DNA of 64,000 bases from Candidatus Poribacteria bacterium (GCA_022826645.1 JAJDUM010000117.1:585-64584); one strand, 5' to 3'; numbered from the stretch's first letter, positions 9,510 to 18,869 are shown. Notes: generated from the letters alone by a model not told the origin. Numbers and translations are program-made.

Positions 9510-9722
9510 CTATTGTCGATGCCGGTCAATGATTTTCCCAAAAGTCCTCAAGGCTTCGTTGACCGATTTGGCATTGGGGAATATTTTGGCGACATCATCA
9601 TCAAGTTTAATGATATTTGTACCTTCGCGGTATCTCTGGGCATATTTGCCCCGAACCCCTTTACGGAAATCGTACTCATCAAGTAGTTCTGGATCGTGTC
9701 GATCAGCCATAGCTTTCTTCAT
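9510..9722 (-). CDS. BrnA-like antitoxin, orphan
   Basis: EYDFRKGVRGKYA...LDDDVAKIFPNAKSVNEALR is a typical small antitoxin pattern; no toxin gene adjacent. Confidence 0.6.
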   Translation of the reverse strand: MKKAMADRHDPELLDEYDFRKGVRGKYAQRYREGTNIIKLDDDVAKIFPNAKSVNEALRTFGKIIDRHRQ

Positions 9723-9738
9723 TTATAAAATGACGCCC

Positions 9739-10479
9739 TTAGATCACGCGCAGATCGACGTTGATGTCAACGGTACGGGTGAGTGTATTGGTCACGGGCG
9801 AGGCAGCGAGCGTTTCTTGCCAGAGGGTTTCTAACACCTCTTCGTCGGCGTCCGCCGCAACATAAATTGTCCCCTTAACCTCTTTGAAACCGCTGTGCCC
9901 GCCCTGCTCTGTGCCGAGAAAGACGAAGATATTGTCGACCTGTCCGCTCAACGAAATCTCCAGTTCATCAATCTCAACTTTCCGCTGAGATGCGCGAATC
10001 TGAAAGCCCATCGCCAAACACGCGCCGAGCGCACCGAGGACGTACTCGACCGCGCTTGGGGCCTCATCCCTCACATCGAAACTAGCGGGCTGACCTACCG
10101 ACCATGAATGATTCCGACAGAAAACCTTCGTCTGCATGCCACCATCCCAGTGAATGCGCGTTCCCCAACGGTAATTCCGCGCTTTTTCGTAGTCGGCATC
10201 CGTTCTCTGCTCGGCTTCGCCTCGCCGAACGAAATACTTATTGTGGTCGGTGGCAGGTCGCCACCCCATGTAAGGATTCTGGGTCATTCGACACCACGCG
10301 GGTAGGTCTTCCTTGACGCTGATTTCCGTGCTGCGAATCTCCAAAACCTCACCGTTTGGCACCCCCTCCATCGATTTGCGAATCAGCAGAAGTAGACCTG
10401 AGCCGCAGTCAAGGTTTCCACCTTTACATACATGGAGCGTCTGAAGATCATCTGACGCTTGTAAATCTTCATCTCGCAT
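9739..10479 (-). CDS. TusA-like plus OsmC-like fusion protein
   Basis: N-terminal GGNLDCGSGLL...GEVLEI...DLPAWC; C-terminal PSAVEYVLGALGACL...ASPVTNTL; start moved to ATG 10479 with GGGGA RBS. Confidence 0.8.
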   Translation of the reverse strand: MRDEDLQASDDLQTLHVCKGGNLDCGSGLLLLIRKSMEGVPNGEVLEIRSTEISVKEDLPAWCRMTQNPYMGWRPATDHNKYFVRRGEAEQRTDADYEKARNYRWGTRIHWDGGMQTKVFCRNHSWSVGQPASFDVRDEAPSAVEYVLGALGACLAMGFQIRASQRKVEIDELEISLSGQVDNIFVFLGTEQGGHSGFKEVKGTIYVAADADEEVLETLWQETLAASPVTNTLTRTVDINVDLRVI

Positions 10480-10603
10480 AACGATCCCCGATAAACGGGA
10501 GACATGAATCAGCCCGAATTTTGTATGATGAAATGACTCATGCGTCGATGCTGCCGAGGCGGATGCCTCTCCCACAGTCGGAGAGACTGCCTTATTCCCG
10601 GTA

Positions 10604-10963
10604 TTAATAGGTAATACAAGAACCGCCGGTCGTCAGAAATTCAACCGCCTTTGCCCCACCGACAATTGTGGCACTATCGACAAGGTTATTTTCATCAAGG
10701 TTGCGTTTTTTGAAGCAAGGGGAGCAGACCCAAATTGTTCCACCCACTTCGGCGAAATCCGCCATGAGTTGTTGAAGGGGTGCGAAGCCTTCTTCGTGAA
10801 TATCATCGGAGTAGCCGTTTTGCGACAGGTGCACACCCTCTGTGCTGAGGAAAACAACTGTTTCAACGCCGGATGCGACTGAGGCGTTGGCAACAACAAC
10901 ACCGACGGTCGCTTTGTCGGTGTTGTCCTTCGCGTGAGTGATACTAATCATCAGTTTAGCCAT
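10604..10963 (-). CDS. DsrE/DsrF-like family protein
   Basis: VVFLSTEGVHL, GGTIWVCSPCFKKR; 119 aa. Confidence 0.85.
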   Translation of the reverse strand: MAKLMISITHAKDNTDKATVGVVVANASVASGVETVVFLSTEGVHLSQNGYSDDIHEEGFAPLQQLMADFAEVGGTIWVCSPCFKKRNLDENNLVDSATIVGGAKAVEFLTTGGSCITY

Positions 10964-11226
10964 TATGGATTCTCTCCTTTTTTGATGTAAAAATAGGCTT
11001 TGTCTTCACCGCAGGAGTCTGCGAGAAGTTCGTTGCCTTTCATGTTGCACCATGCGGCGATATCCACAGGTGCCGCTGGGTCAAGCGCACGAATTTGTGC
11101 TATCTGTCCCGGTTCCAGGGATCGCATGGATTTCAGGAGCGCGATGATCAGGTCACCGCAACCGAGATCCCCTAAATCGACTTTCAAATCTGGAATGATG
11201 TTTGGTGAATCAATCGTTTCTTTCAT
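10963..11226 (-). CDS. TusA/SirA family sulfur carrier
   Basis: DLGDLGCGDL, LEPGQIAQIRALDPAAPVDIAAWC, YFYIKK; stop overlaps the dsrE start. Confidence 0.85.
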   Translation of the reverse strand: MKETIDSPNIIPDLKVDLGDLGCGDLIIALLKSMRSLEPGQIAQIRALDPAAPVDIAAWCNMKGNELLADSCGEDKAYFYIKKGENP

Positions 11227-11331
11227 AAAACGACCTTTTCGTCTGGTTACGCATTACATTGCACATGCTTGGCGCAATACTTCTGTTGCTTGAACTATTA
11301 CTCCGAACTTTAGGACAGACTGTTTTGTATC

Positions 11332-11520
11332 GCAAACTGTTAGTTTGTGCTTTGACATACTCCCAAGCATAAATGCTTGGGATTCTTACGATAGACTGAA
11401 CAGTAGCAGTTGCCCTGTGCTATCTTCCTGATTCACTGATTCGTGCCTTTCGTTAGGACAGGGTCTTACAGAATCTCCACAGGCGTTTATACTCTCCGTG
11501 TGTCCCGCGGCGAGTTGTTT
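11332..11520 (-). ncRNA. Predicted TnpB reRNA/omegaRNA (scaffold over the tnpB 3' end and right end, plus flanking guide); limits approximate
   Basis: Established architecture of TnpB elements; right-end hairpin visible at 11361-11382. Confidence 0.5.
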
Positions 11521-12788
11521 TAGGTTCATTGCGGCGTTAAGGTCTCTGTCTCGCGTGTGCCCACAATCACGGCAATGGTATGTTCTATCTGACAGGGACA
11601 AGTCCGAATCAATTACACCGCAGTTGCTACAGGTCTTGCTCGACGGGTAGAAGGTATCCGCTTCCACAATCTTGATACCAAGCCGGTCTGCCTTAGACTT
11701 CAAGAGCATTAGGAAGTTTGATAATGAAGCGTCCGATAGGGCTTTGGCGAGCCGGTGATTCTTGACCATGCCTGCGACGTTGAGCGATTCGATTCCGATA
11801 CGGCTTGCGTTGTTGACAATGGCTGTGGTTGCCTTCTGTTGTGCGTCTTGACGAATGCAAGCAATTCGGTAGTGCAACTTGGCAATTTTGGTTTTGATCT
11901 TATACCGGTTCCGGCTACCTTTGATGCGTTTGCTCAAACGCCGTTGCAATCGTTTTAACTTTCGCTCGTATCGTGCAAGTGCCTTCGGATTATCATAATA
12001 GACACCTTCGGAAGTAATTGCCATGTGCTTGATCCCTACATCAACGCCAACGACAGGCTTATGTCGATTGTCGGGTATGGGATCATCAACAGAAGTGTCT
12101 ACAAGGATGGATGCGAACCATCGGTGTCCGTGTTTAGATATGACGACTTTACAGATAGTACCGAGGTAGCGAAGGGGTTGAAACATACGGACCCAACCGA
12201 TTTTGGGAAGTTTAATCCGTTGACCTTCAACAGGAATGGTGCCTCTACCACTATCTGCCTGATAACTTTGACCATGAGAACGGTTCTTGAATTTTGGGAA
12301 ACGGTTTTGACCCGACCTCCACCGGGTAATTGCATCTTTGAAGTTGTTGTAGATTACGTTCTTTGAGGCATTCTGCGATAAGGCGTCGCACCATTGGTAA
12401 GTATCACGCTTGATAGAGTTGAACCGCCTCAGCAAATCGCAGTGACTACGCCAATCGTTATTGGCCAGCCCGTCTTTGAAATCCGCAAGTGCGTGATTGT
12501 ACGCAACACGGCTATACCCACAGTGTTGGGCAAATTGTGTGGATTGAACGTTGTTGGGATCTAAAGCAATTTTATGAGTTTTTAGCATTGGGAGGTCTTT
12601 CCATCTTTCGTTTCCCATTGTAGTGGGTGTGAGGGACACCGCCAAGCGACGGTGCTACAATTCCCTCACCGAAAGACAAACCAACTATACGATATTTTGA
12701 TATAGAAAATCAAGAAAAAAACTGCTAAAGCAGCACTCAAGCCCAAACCTAAAGGATTGGGCTTGAGTGCTAAAGCAAACCGCTTTGG
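11352..12788 (-). mobile_element. Non-autonomous IS200/IS605-family element (TnpB only)
   Basis: Right end GAAT-hairpin(CCCAAGCAT tt ATGCTTGGG)-agtatg-TCAA; left-end hairpin CAAG-CCCAATCCTTTAGGTTTGGG preceded by TGAC; no tnpA. The left boundary is inferred. Confidence 0.75.
11386..12588 (-). CDS. tnpB: RNA-guided endonuclease TnpB
   Basis: N-terminal HTH (KTHKIALDPN), RuvC I GVDVG, RuvC II IESL, Zn finger CSNC/CRDC, RuvC III DRDLNAA; start ATG 12588. Confidence 0.95.
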   Translation of the reverse strand: MLKTHKIALDPNNVQSTQFAQHCGYSRVAYNHALADFKDGLANNDWRSHCDLLRRFNSIKRDTYQWCDALSQNASKNVIYNNFKDAITRWRSGQNRFPKFKNRSHGQSYQADSGRGTIPVEGQRIKLPKIGWVRMFQPLRYLGTICKVVISKHGHRWFASILVDTSVDDPIPDNRHKPVVGVDVGIKHMAITSEGVYYDNPKALARYERKLKRLQRRLSKRIKGSRNRYKIKTKIAKLHYRIACIRQDAQQKATTAIVNNASRIGIESLNVAGMVKNHRLAKALSDASLSNFLMLLKSKADRLGIKIVEADTFYPSSKTCSNCGVIDSDLSLSDRTYHCRDCGHTRDRDLNAAMNLKQLAAGHTESINACGDSVRPCPNERHESVNQEDSTGQLLLFSLS

Positions 12789-12873
12789 GTCAGAGCCCCA
12801 TCTCATTATTTATCCGTGGATCGATAACGATTTGCTTAACGATTCTTTTGCCTCTCCTAACTCCCAACCAGAT

Positions 12874-14805
12874 TTACTCTTCCTCCGTTTTCGCCGTGTC
12901 ATTTTTCTTCTGATCCTGCTGGTAATAAGTACCAAGCACCTCATTGTCCAGACTCCGTCCCTCCTCAATCACCTGCGCTGCGAAATCGAGGTTGATTGTC
13001 GTGAGGTCGGCTTCCTGCGCTCGCTGTTCGACACGGGATTGCGTGATGTTACGCATAAATCCAGCGGGTACGAGGTCCAATCGTGCCCGTGCATCCGGTG
13101 TCCATTCAAGCGGACTCTCAAATGTTTCTTCTTGGGAGGTATCATCGGACTCGCGGGACTGCGCGACAGCTTTCAGTTCAGGCGCATCTTCACGGACAGC
13201 GGACGCCTGATCCATACTCTCGTTGATAATCTGCATCGCAAACTCGTTGGTGATTGTACCGATTTTCTGGACACGCGCCGATTTCTCGATTCGCGCTTTG
13301 ACGTTGCGCCGCATATATCCGCGCGGGACATTCCGCAACGCTTTTTTGGCTTGATCAGACCACTGGAGGCGCACACCGTCAAAGGTCTGTTCCTCACTGA
13401 CGCCGCCCTCCTGATCTGCGACCCTTTGGAGTGAATCTTTATCAACCATCTGGAATTTGTCACCGTCTACGCCGCAAACGGGGCATTTTATGGGCTGCTG
13501 GTCTTTGGCAGCATAGCCGCAATCCCCGCAGATGTAGGTCTTAATCGCACTGGAGTCCAAAACCGTTTGCGTTGCAATCTCCTTGGCAACCTTGGTCATC
13601 CGTTCCGCTGAACGTCCCGGCATAAAGGTCTCCATTGCCTGCTCAATAACGCTCTCGGTAATCACAGAGTGTCCACGTTCAATGGCAAAACGGTGGACAG
13701 CGGTGCGTGCAATGCCCTGCACCTGTGGAGGTGCTTTCGACATACGATCCAAGGCTTCCTGTGTCCAGACCACCGTCTCCTCGGCTGTGACATCAATTGT
13801 TGGAACGTATCGTTGGCTCGACAGGAACACATTACACGGGGCGAGTCGTAGCAGGTTTTCGGTGTTGCTGCCGATATCCATATCGGGGTCGCTGTGGACG
13901 CCGATTCTGCCTAACACTAGCATCCACGGTTCGGTTTTTCGGGCATATTGCAAGATCTTCTCAAACGCTTTGCCATCTAGCAAGGTGATTTTTAGATCGT
14001 AGTTGTGGTCTTCTTTGGCGATGGTTCGGGCAATCTCCAGATGAGATTGATAGATTTTGGCAAGTCCGGTGTCGATGACCTCTTCGTGCAGCTGTTCTTG
14101 CTCTTTAAACCGGAAGGTTTTGGATGCACGCTCAGTTAGGACACTGACAACGGAATTAAACACCACATAGTGAAGATAGGGGTCGTATACGCCGACCGCC
14201 TCGACTTGTCTATCAAATTCCTTACCAAGCCGGATGGCTGTTTTCAGTCCGGCGAAGGATTCGGGACTACCATCAATTCCCACGAGAATATGTCCCTTCT
14301 GTTCGTGCATCGCTTCTATATTTCGGACGACAAGGGTATCGGTCTCAATACGCCGCACAACCCGCTCAACAACACCGCCGAGTAGACTGTCCTTAACCGC
14401 CCCCATACCGAGGGCACCCATAATCACAAGATCGTAATCGCTTGCCTGAATGTCCTCCGCCAACTTGATGAAGTGTTTTCCCTCAGGCATTCTGGCTTCA
14501 AAGGGAATGTTGTTCTCAGCGCATTTGTTCTTCATGACCTCCAAGTACGAATCGGAGATTAATTGAAGTCCCATTGTAATCAATGTATCATGGATGCGCC
14601 GCTGCTTCTCAAGCTCAGCTTCATCTTGGTATTCTTCGGGGAGCGTATACTCCATCTGCTTGAACCGAACATCGTGCATTTTCGCAGCATAAACGTGAGA
14701 ACCGACGAGTTGCGATTGGAATTTTTTGGCGAACTCTACAGCAAAATTGACGCTTGCATCGGAATGGTCCGAGTTGTCAACAGGTACATAGATTTTCTTA
14801 AACAT
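12874..14805 (-). CDS. Tandem universal stress protein domains + three PCP_red domains + rubredoxin-like domain
   Basis: Two USP domains (KKIYVPVDNS...LVIMGALG; ILVGIDGS...GSNTENLLR), CGDCGY...CPVCG, and three W(T/S)xxAxxxL/MxxxP repeats. Confidence 0.85.
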   Translation of the reverse strand: MFKKIYVPVDNSDHSDASVNFAVEFAKKFQSQLVGSHVYAAKMHDVRFKQMEYTLPEEYQDEAELEKQRRIHDTLITMGLQLISDSYLEVMKNKCAENNIPFEARMPEGKHFIKLAEDIQASDYDLVIMGALGMGAVKDSLLGGVVERVVRRIETDTLVVRNIEAMHEQKGHILVGIDGSPESFAGLKTAIRLGKEFDRQVEAVGVYDPYLHYVVFNSVVSVLTERASKTFRFKEQEQLHEEVIDTGLAKIYQSHLEIARTIAKEDHNYDLKITLLDGKAFEKILQYARKTEPWMLVLGRIGVHSDPDMDIGSNTENLLRLAPCNVFLSSQRYVPTIDVTAEETVVWTQEALDRMSKAPPQVQGIARTAVHRFAIERGHSVITESVIEQAMETFMPGRSAERMTKVAKEIATQTVLDSSAIKTYICGDCGYAAKDQQPIKCPVCGVDGDKFQMVDKDSLQRVADQEGGVSEEQTFDGVRLQWSDQAKKALRNVPRGYMRRNVKARIEKSARVQKIGTITNEFAMQIINESMDQASAVREDAPELKAVAQSRESDDTSQEETFESPLEWTPDARARLDLVPAGFMRNITQSRVEQRAQEADLTTINLDFAAQVIEEGRSLDNEVLGTYYQQDQKKNDTAKTEEE

Positions 14806-14900
14806 TCTTCTCCCTCCAAAGTCGATTTTCCATTAACGAATTATATTTTTTATCTTTGTTCCAAACATGATGTCTTTTGTCTTTGTTAATTTTCACCTAA

Positions 14901-16289
14901 TTACTTCGGTCCAATCATCTGGCTGGGAACGACAACCCGATCGAATTCCTCCTCGCTCAAGAGATTCAGTTCGACCACAGTCTGCCGTAGCGTCTTGCCT
15001 TCCTGATGGGCAGTTTTGGCGACCAACGCTGCATTGTCATAGCCGATGTAGGGGTTAAGCGCGGTAACAAGCATCAGTGAGTCGTTCAGATATTCTTGGA
15101 TTTTCTCCCGATTTGGCTCGATACCGACAACACAGTTTTCGTTGAACGAATCACAGGCATCCGCAAGTAGGCGAATGGATTGGAGCGCGTTAAAAGCAAT
15201 GACAGGCATAAACACATTCAGCTCAAAATTGCCCGATGCACCTGCAATCGCAACCGTTGTGTCGCTGCCGATGACTTGGGCGCAAACCATCGTCATGGCT
15301 TCGCACTGCGTTGGGTTCACCTTCCCTGGCATAATCGAACTTCCTGGTTCATTCTCCGGTAACAGGAGTTCGCCAATGCCGCAGCGGGGGCCGCTGCCAA
15401 GCCAGCGCAGGTCGTTTGCGATCTTGTTCAGCGCACATGCCAGCGTTTTGATCGCACCACTCGCCTCGACGATAGCGTCCCTGGCACCGAGCGCTTCAAA
15501 CTTGTTGGGCGCGGTAACAAAGGAAAATCTGGTGCGTTTTGAGATTGCATCGGCGGCTTTTGTCGCATATTCAGGGTGGGTGTTCAACCCAGTACCGACC
15601 GCTGTTCCACCAATTGGTAGCTCATAGAGGTGTGGCAACACATGATCAATTGCTCGAAGCGAGTTATTCAACTGCGTGACATATCCAGAAAACGCCTGCC
15701 CCAACGTTAGCGGGGTGGCATCTTGGAGATGGGTGCGCCCAGTTTTGACAATATCCTTAAAGGCTTCAGCTTTGGCTGAGAGCGCCTCCCGCAGAGCAGT
15801 CACTGAAGGAATTAGATGGTTGTGGATGCGATCGACGACAGCAACATGGATAGCGGTTGGGAAGGCATCGTTGGTAGACTGAGATTTGTTGACATGGTCG
15901 TTTGGGTGGATAGGTTCCTTGCTGCCGAGCACCCCACCAAGCATTTCGATGGCACGGTTCGATATGACTTCATTGACGTTCATATTGGTCTGGGTGCCGC
16001 TGCCGGTCTGCCAGACAACCAGCGGAAAGTGATCGTCGAGGCTGCCATCGATGACTTCCTGTGCAGCTTCGATTATAATTTCAGCCAGACCTGTATCCAG
16101 TGTACCCAACTCTGCATTCACTTCAGCGACAGACTGCTTAACGATCCCAAGTGCCCAGATCATCTCACGGGGAAAGCGTTCACCGCCAATCTTAAAATTC
16201 TGCAATGACCGCTGGGTTTGTGCGCCCCAATACCGATCCGTCGGGACCTCAATCTTCCCCATGCTGTCTGATTCAGTTCTTGTTTCCAT
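14901..16289 (-). CDS. fumC: Fumarate hydratase class II
   Basis: [11 protein letters not shown] signature, [19 protein letters not shown]. Confidence 0.97.
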   Translation of the reverse strand: METRTESDSMGKIEVPTDRYWGAQTQRSLQNFKIGGERFPREMIWALGIVKQSVAEVNAELGTLDTGLAEIIIEAAQEVIDGSLDDHFPLVVWQTGSGTQTNMNVNEVISNRAIEMLGGVLGSKEPIHPNDHVNKSQSTNDAFPTAIHVAVVDRIHNHLIPSVTALREALSAKAEAFKDIVKTGRTHLQDATPLTLGQAFSGYVTQLNNSLRAIDHVLPHLYELPIGGTAVGTGLNTHPEYATKAADAISKRTRFSFVTAPNKFEALGARDAIVEASGAIKTLACALNKIANDLRWLGSGPRCGIGELLLPENEPGSSIMPGKVNPTQCEAMTMVCAQVIGSDTTVAIAGASGNFELNVFMPVIAFNALQSIRLLADACDSFNENCVVGIEPNREKIQEYLNDSLMLVTALNPYIGYDNAALVAKTAHQEGKTLRQTVVELNLLSEEEFDRVVVPSQMIGPK

Positions 16290-16308
16290 CTATTTCTCCA
16301 CACCTACA

Positions 16309-17055
16309 TCATTGTTTCGGGCGAAAGATCCGAAATAGCTTCTTGATTGGGTCATAGAATTGGTCGACAACCCGTTCTTTGAGTGGGATGATGGCATTAT
16401 CAGTAATCGTGATGTGCTCGGGACAGACTTTTGTGCAACATTTGGTAATGTTGCAATAGCCGATGCCATCCGTATTTTTTAACTCCTCCAGCCGATTTTC
16501 AGTGTCGAGGGGGTGCATTTCCAGTGCCGCAGCGTAGACAAAAAACCGGGGTCCAATGAACTTATCGTGCAGATCATGCTCACGCAACACATGACACACA
16601 TCCTGACACAGGTAACATTCGATACATTTGCGAAATTCTTGAACGCGATCGATGTCCTCTTGCGCCATGCGCCAAGTGCCATCTTCGGCGTCGGCTGGTC
16701 TCGGATTGAACGGTTTAATTTTTTTCTTGACCTCAAAGTTCCACGAGACATCCGTTACCAAATCCTTGATAAGTGGAAATGCGTGCATTGGCTCAACGGT
16801 GACTGGTGCGTCAAGCGGAATCTCGTTAAGCCGGGTCATACACATCAATTTGGGATTTCCGTTGACCTCCGCTGAACAGGATCCGCACTTGCCGGCTTTG
16901 CAGTTCCAGCGAACAGCGAGATCGTTAGCCTGCTCCGCCTGAATCTTATGAACTGCGTCCAGGACCACCATCCCCTCAGAAACTTCGGTGTCATAATCGA
17001 CGAATTTTCCTTCGTTAGCGTCGCCTCGCCATATTCTGAAAGTTGCTGTTGCCAT
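16309..17055 (-). CDS. sdhB: Succinate dehydrogenase iron-sulfur subunit
   Basis: CKAGKCGSC, CIECYLCQDVC, CNITKCCTKVCP. Confidence 0.93.
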   Translation of the reverse strand: MATATFRIWRGDANEGKFVDYDTEVSEGMVVLDAVHKIQAEQANDLAVRWNCKAGKCGSCSAEVNGNPKLMCMTRLNEIPLDAPVTVEPMHAFPLIKDLVTDVSWNFEVKKKIKPFNPRPADAEDGTWRMAQEDIDRVQEFRKCIECYLCQDVCHVLREHDLHDKFIGPRFFVYAAALEMHPLDTENRLEELKNTDGIGYCNITKCCTKVCPEHITITDNAIIPLKERVVDQFYDPIKKLFRIFRPKQ

Positions 17056-18869
17056 TAGCCCATCTCCTCTATTACATCTTGGAGGTCTTCACGAAGTTCT
17101 GGTATCGACTCCCGGCTGACCTCCATTTCACCGTCCGCATTCTTGCGAACAACGGTGTTATACTTGCCTGCACCCGGCTCCTCTTTCTCAGGATAATCGT
17201 CGCGCGAATGGGCACCAATGCTGGCTCTTCGCTCTAACGCTGCAAGCGCAATGGCTTCGGATATTGTGAGCATGTGTTCCAAATCCAACGCTGTGTGCCA
17301 TCCCGGATTATACTCACGATTGCCGCCGACCCCTGCTTGGCCTGCGCGTTGCGCGAGCTTGTGGATTTCTTCCCCCGCATTATTTAACCCTTCGTCGCTC
17401 CGAGCGATACCGACGAGGTCTTGCATCATATCCTGCAAATCGTACTGGATTTGGAATGGATTCTCGCCATCTGGATTGTCGAACGGCTTTAACGCTTCAC
17501 TTGCAACCGCCTCAATCTCTGCTTCGTCCACTTTACCTGCACCGTTTTCTTTGGCAAACTGTGCAGCATATTCACCCGCCCGTTTACCGAAAACCAGCAG
17601 GTCGGAGAGCGAGTTACCGCCCAAACGATTCGCACCGTGCAAGCCCGCGCCACATTCGCCACCTGCAAAAAGTCCCGGTACTGAGGTCATCTGTGAATCC
17701 GCATCGACACGAATTCCACCCATGACATAATGCGTTGTTGGTCCTACCTCCATCGGTTCTTTGGTGATGTCAATATCCGCCAACTGCATGAATTGGTGAT
17801 ACATGCTGGGTAACTTCCGTCTGATATGCTCTTCGGCATTGGATATTTTCTCCGAAATCCATGAAATATCGAGGAAGACACCGCCGTGGGGACTTCCACG
17901 TCCTTCTTGCACCTCGCGGACAATACAGCGAGCTACATGGTCACGGGTGAGGAGTTCTGGGGGCCTGCGAGCATCTCGATCGCCTTGTGTGTATCGCCAC
18001 CCTTCTTCGGGGTCATCGGAGGTTTGATTCTGATAGAGTTCCGGTATATGGTCAAACATAAATCGATTCCCCTCGCTATTCGTTAGAATTCCTCCCTCAC
18101 CGCGGACGCCTTCTGTTACTAATATGCCTCGCACACTGGGGGGCCAGACCATGCCGGTTGGATGAAATTGCACGAACTCCATGTCAATCAGTTCCGCGCC
18201 TGCATGGTATGCGAGCGAGTGTCCATCGCCGGTGTATTCCCAGCTATTGCTCGTAATTTTAAATGCCTTGCCAACGCCGCCGGTGGCTAACACAACCGCT
18301 TTGGCGGAGAAGATCTTGAACCGTCCTTTTTCGCGCTCGTAACCGAATGCCCCAACAACGCGACCATCGTCTTTCAGCAGAGATATGACTGTGCACTCCA
18401 TATGCACATCAACGCCTTGATGGATACCGTGGTCTTGCAGAACACGAATCATTTCCAAGCCAGTACGGTCACCGACGTGGGCAAGTCGAGGATATTGATG
18501 ACCGCCGAAATTGCGCTGTAAAATGCGTCCGTCTTGTGTTCGATCAAACAGTGCACCCCATGCTTCCAGCTCACGAACCCGGTCCGGTGCTTCTTTAGCG
18601 TGGAGTTCTGCCATGCGCCAGTTGTTAAGATACTGACCGCCCCGCATAGTGTCGGCAAAGTGGACTTTCCATCCATCCCTCTCGTCCACATTTGCAAGGG
18701 CAGCGGCAACCCCGCCTTCAGCCATAACGGTATGTGCTTTGCCAAGCAGCGATTTACAGACCAGACCTACAGACACCCCGGCAGCGGAGGCTTCGATAGC
18801 GGCTCTCAGACCTGCACCACCTGCACCGATGACTAACACATCATATTCATGCGTTTCGTATTGTACCAC
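17055..18869 (-). CDS. sdhA: Succinate dehydrogenase flavoprotein subunit
   Basis: GAGGAG, AHTVMAEGG (covalent FAD His), QFHPTG, HGANRLGGNSL; start GTG 18869 overlaps the upstream TAG. Confidence 0.95.
   Translation of the reverse strand: MVQYETHEYDVLVIGAGGAGLRAAIEASAAGVSVGLVCKSLLGKAHTVMAEGGVAAALANVDERDGWKVHFADTMRGGQYLNNWRMAELHAKEAPDRVRELEAWGALFDRTQDGRILQRNFGGHQYPRLAHVGDRTGLEMIRVLQDHGIHQGVDVHMECTVISLLKDDGRVVGAFGYEREKGRFKIFSAKAVVLATGGVGKAFKITSNSWEYTGDGHSLAYHAGAELIDMEFVQFHPTGMVWPPSVRGILVTEGVRGEGGILTNSEGNRFMFDHIPELYQNQTSDDPEEGWRYTQGDRDARRPPELLTRDHVARCIVREVQEGRGSPHGGVFLDISWISEKISNAEEHIRRKLPSMYHQFMQLADIDITKEPMEVGPTTHYVMGGIRVDADSQMTSVPGLFAGGECGAGLHGANRLGGNSLSDLLVFGKRAGEYAAQFAKENGAGKVDEAEIEAVASEALKPFDNPDGENPFQIQYDLQDMMQDLVGIARSDEGLNNAGEEIHKLAQRAGQAGVGGNREYNPGWHTALDLEHMLTISEAIALAALERRASIGAHSRDDYPEKEEPGAGKYNTVVRKNADGEMEVSRESIPELREDLQDVIEEMG

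Noticed and set aside
9739-11226. Selenoproteins among TusA/DsrE/OsmC
   Set aside because: All end in TAA at the expected length with Cys at active positions; no in-frame TGA
1784-14805. Photosynthesis or chlorophyll synthesis implied by PCP_red domains
   Set aside because: Only the small C-terminal module is present; no bchL/N/B catalytic genes
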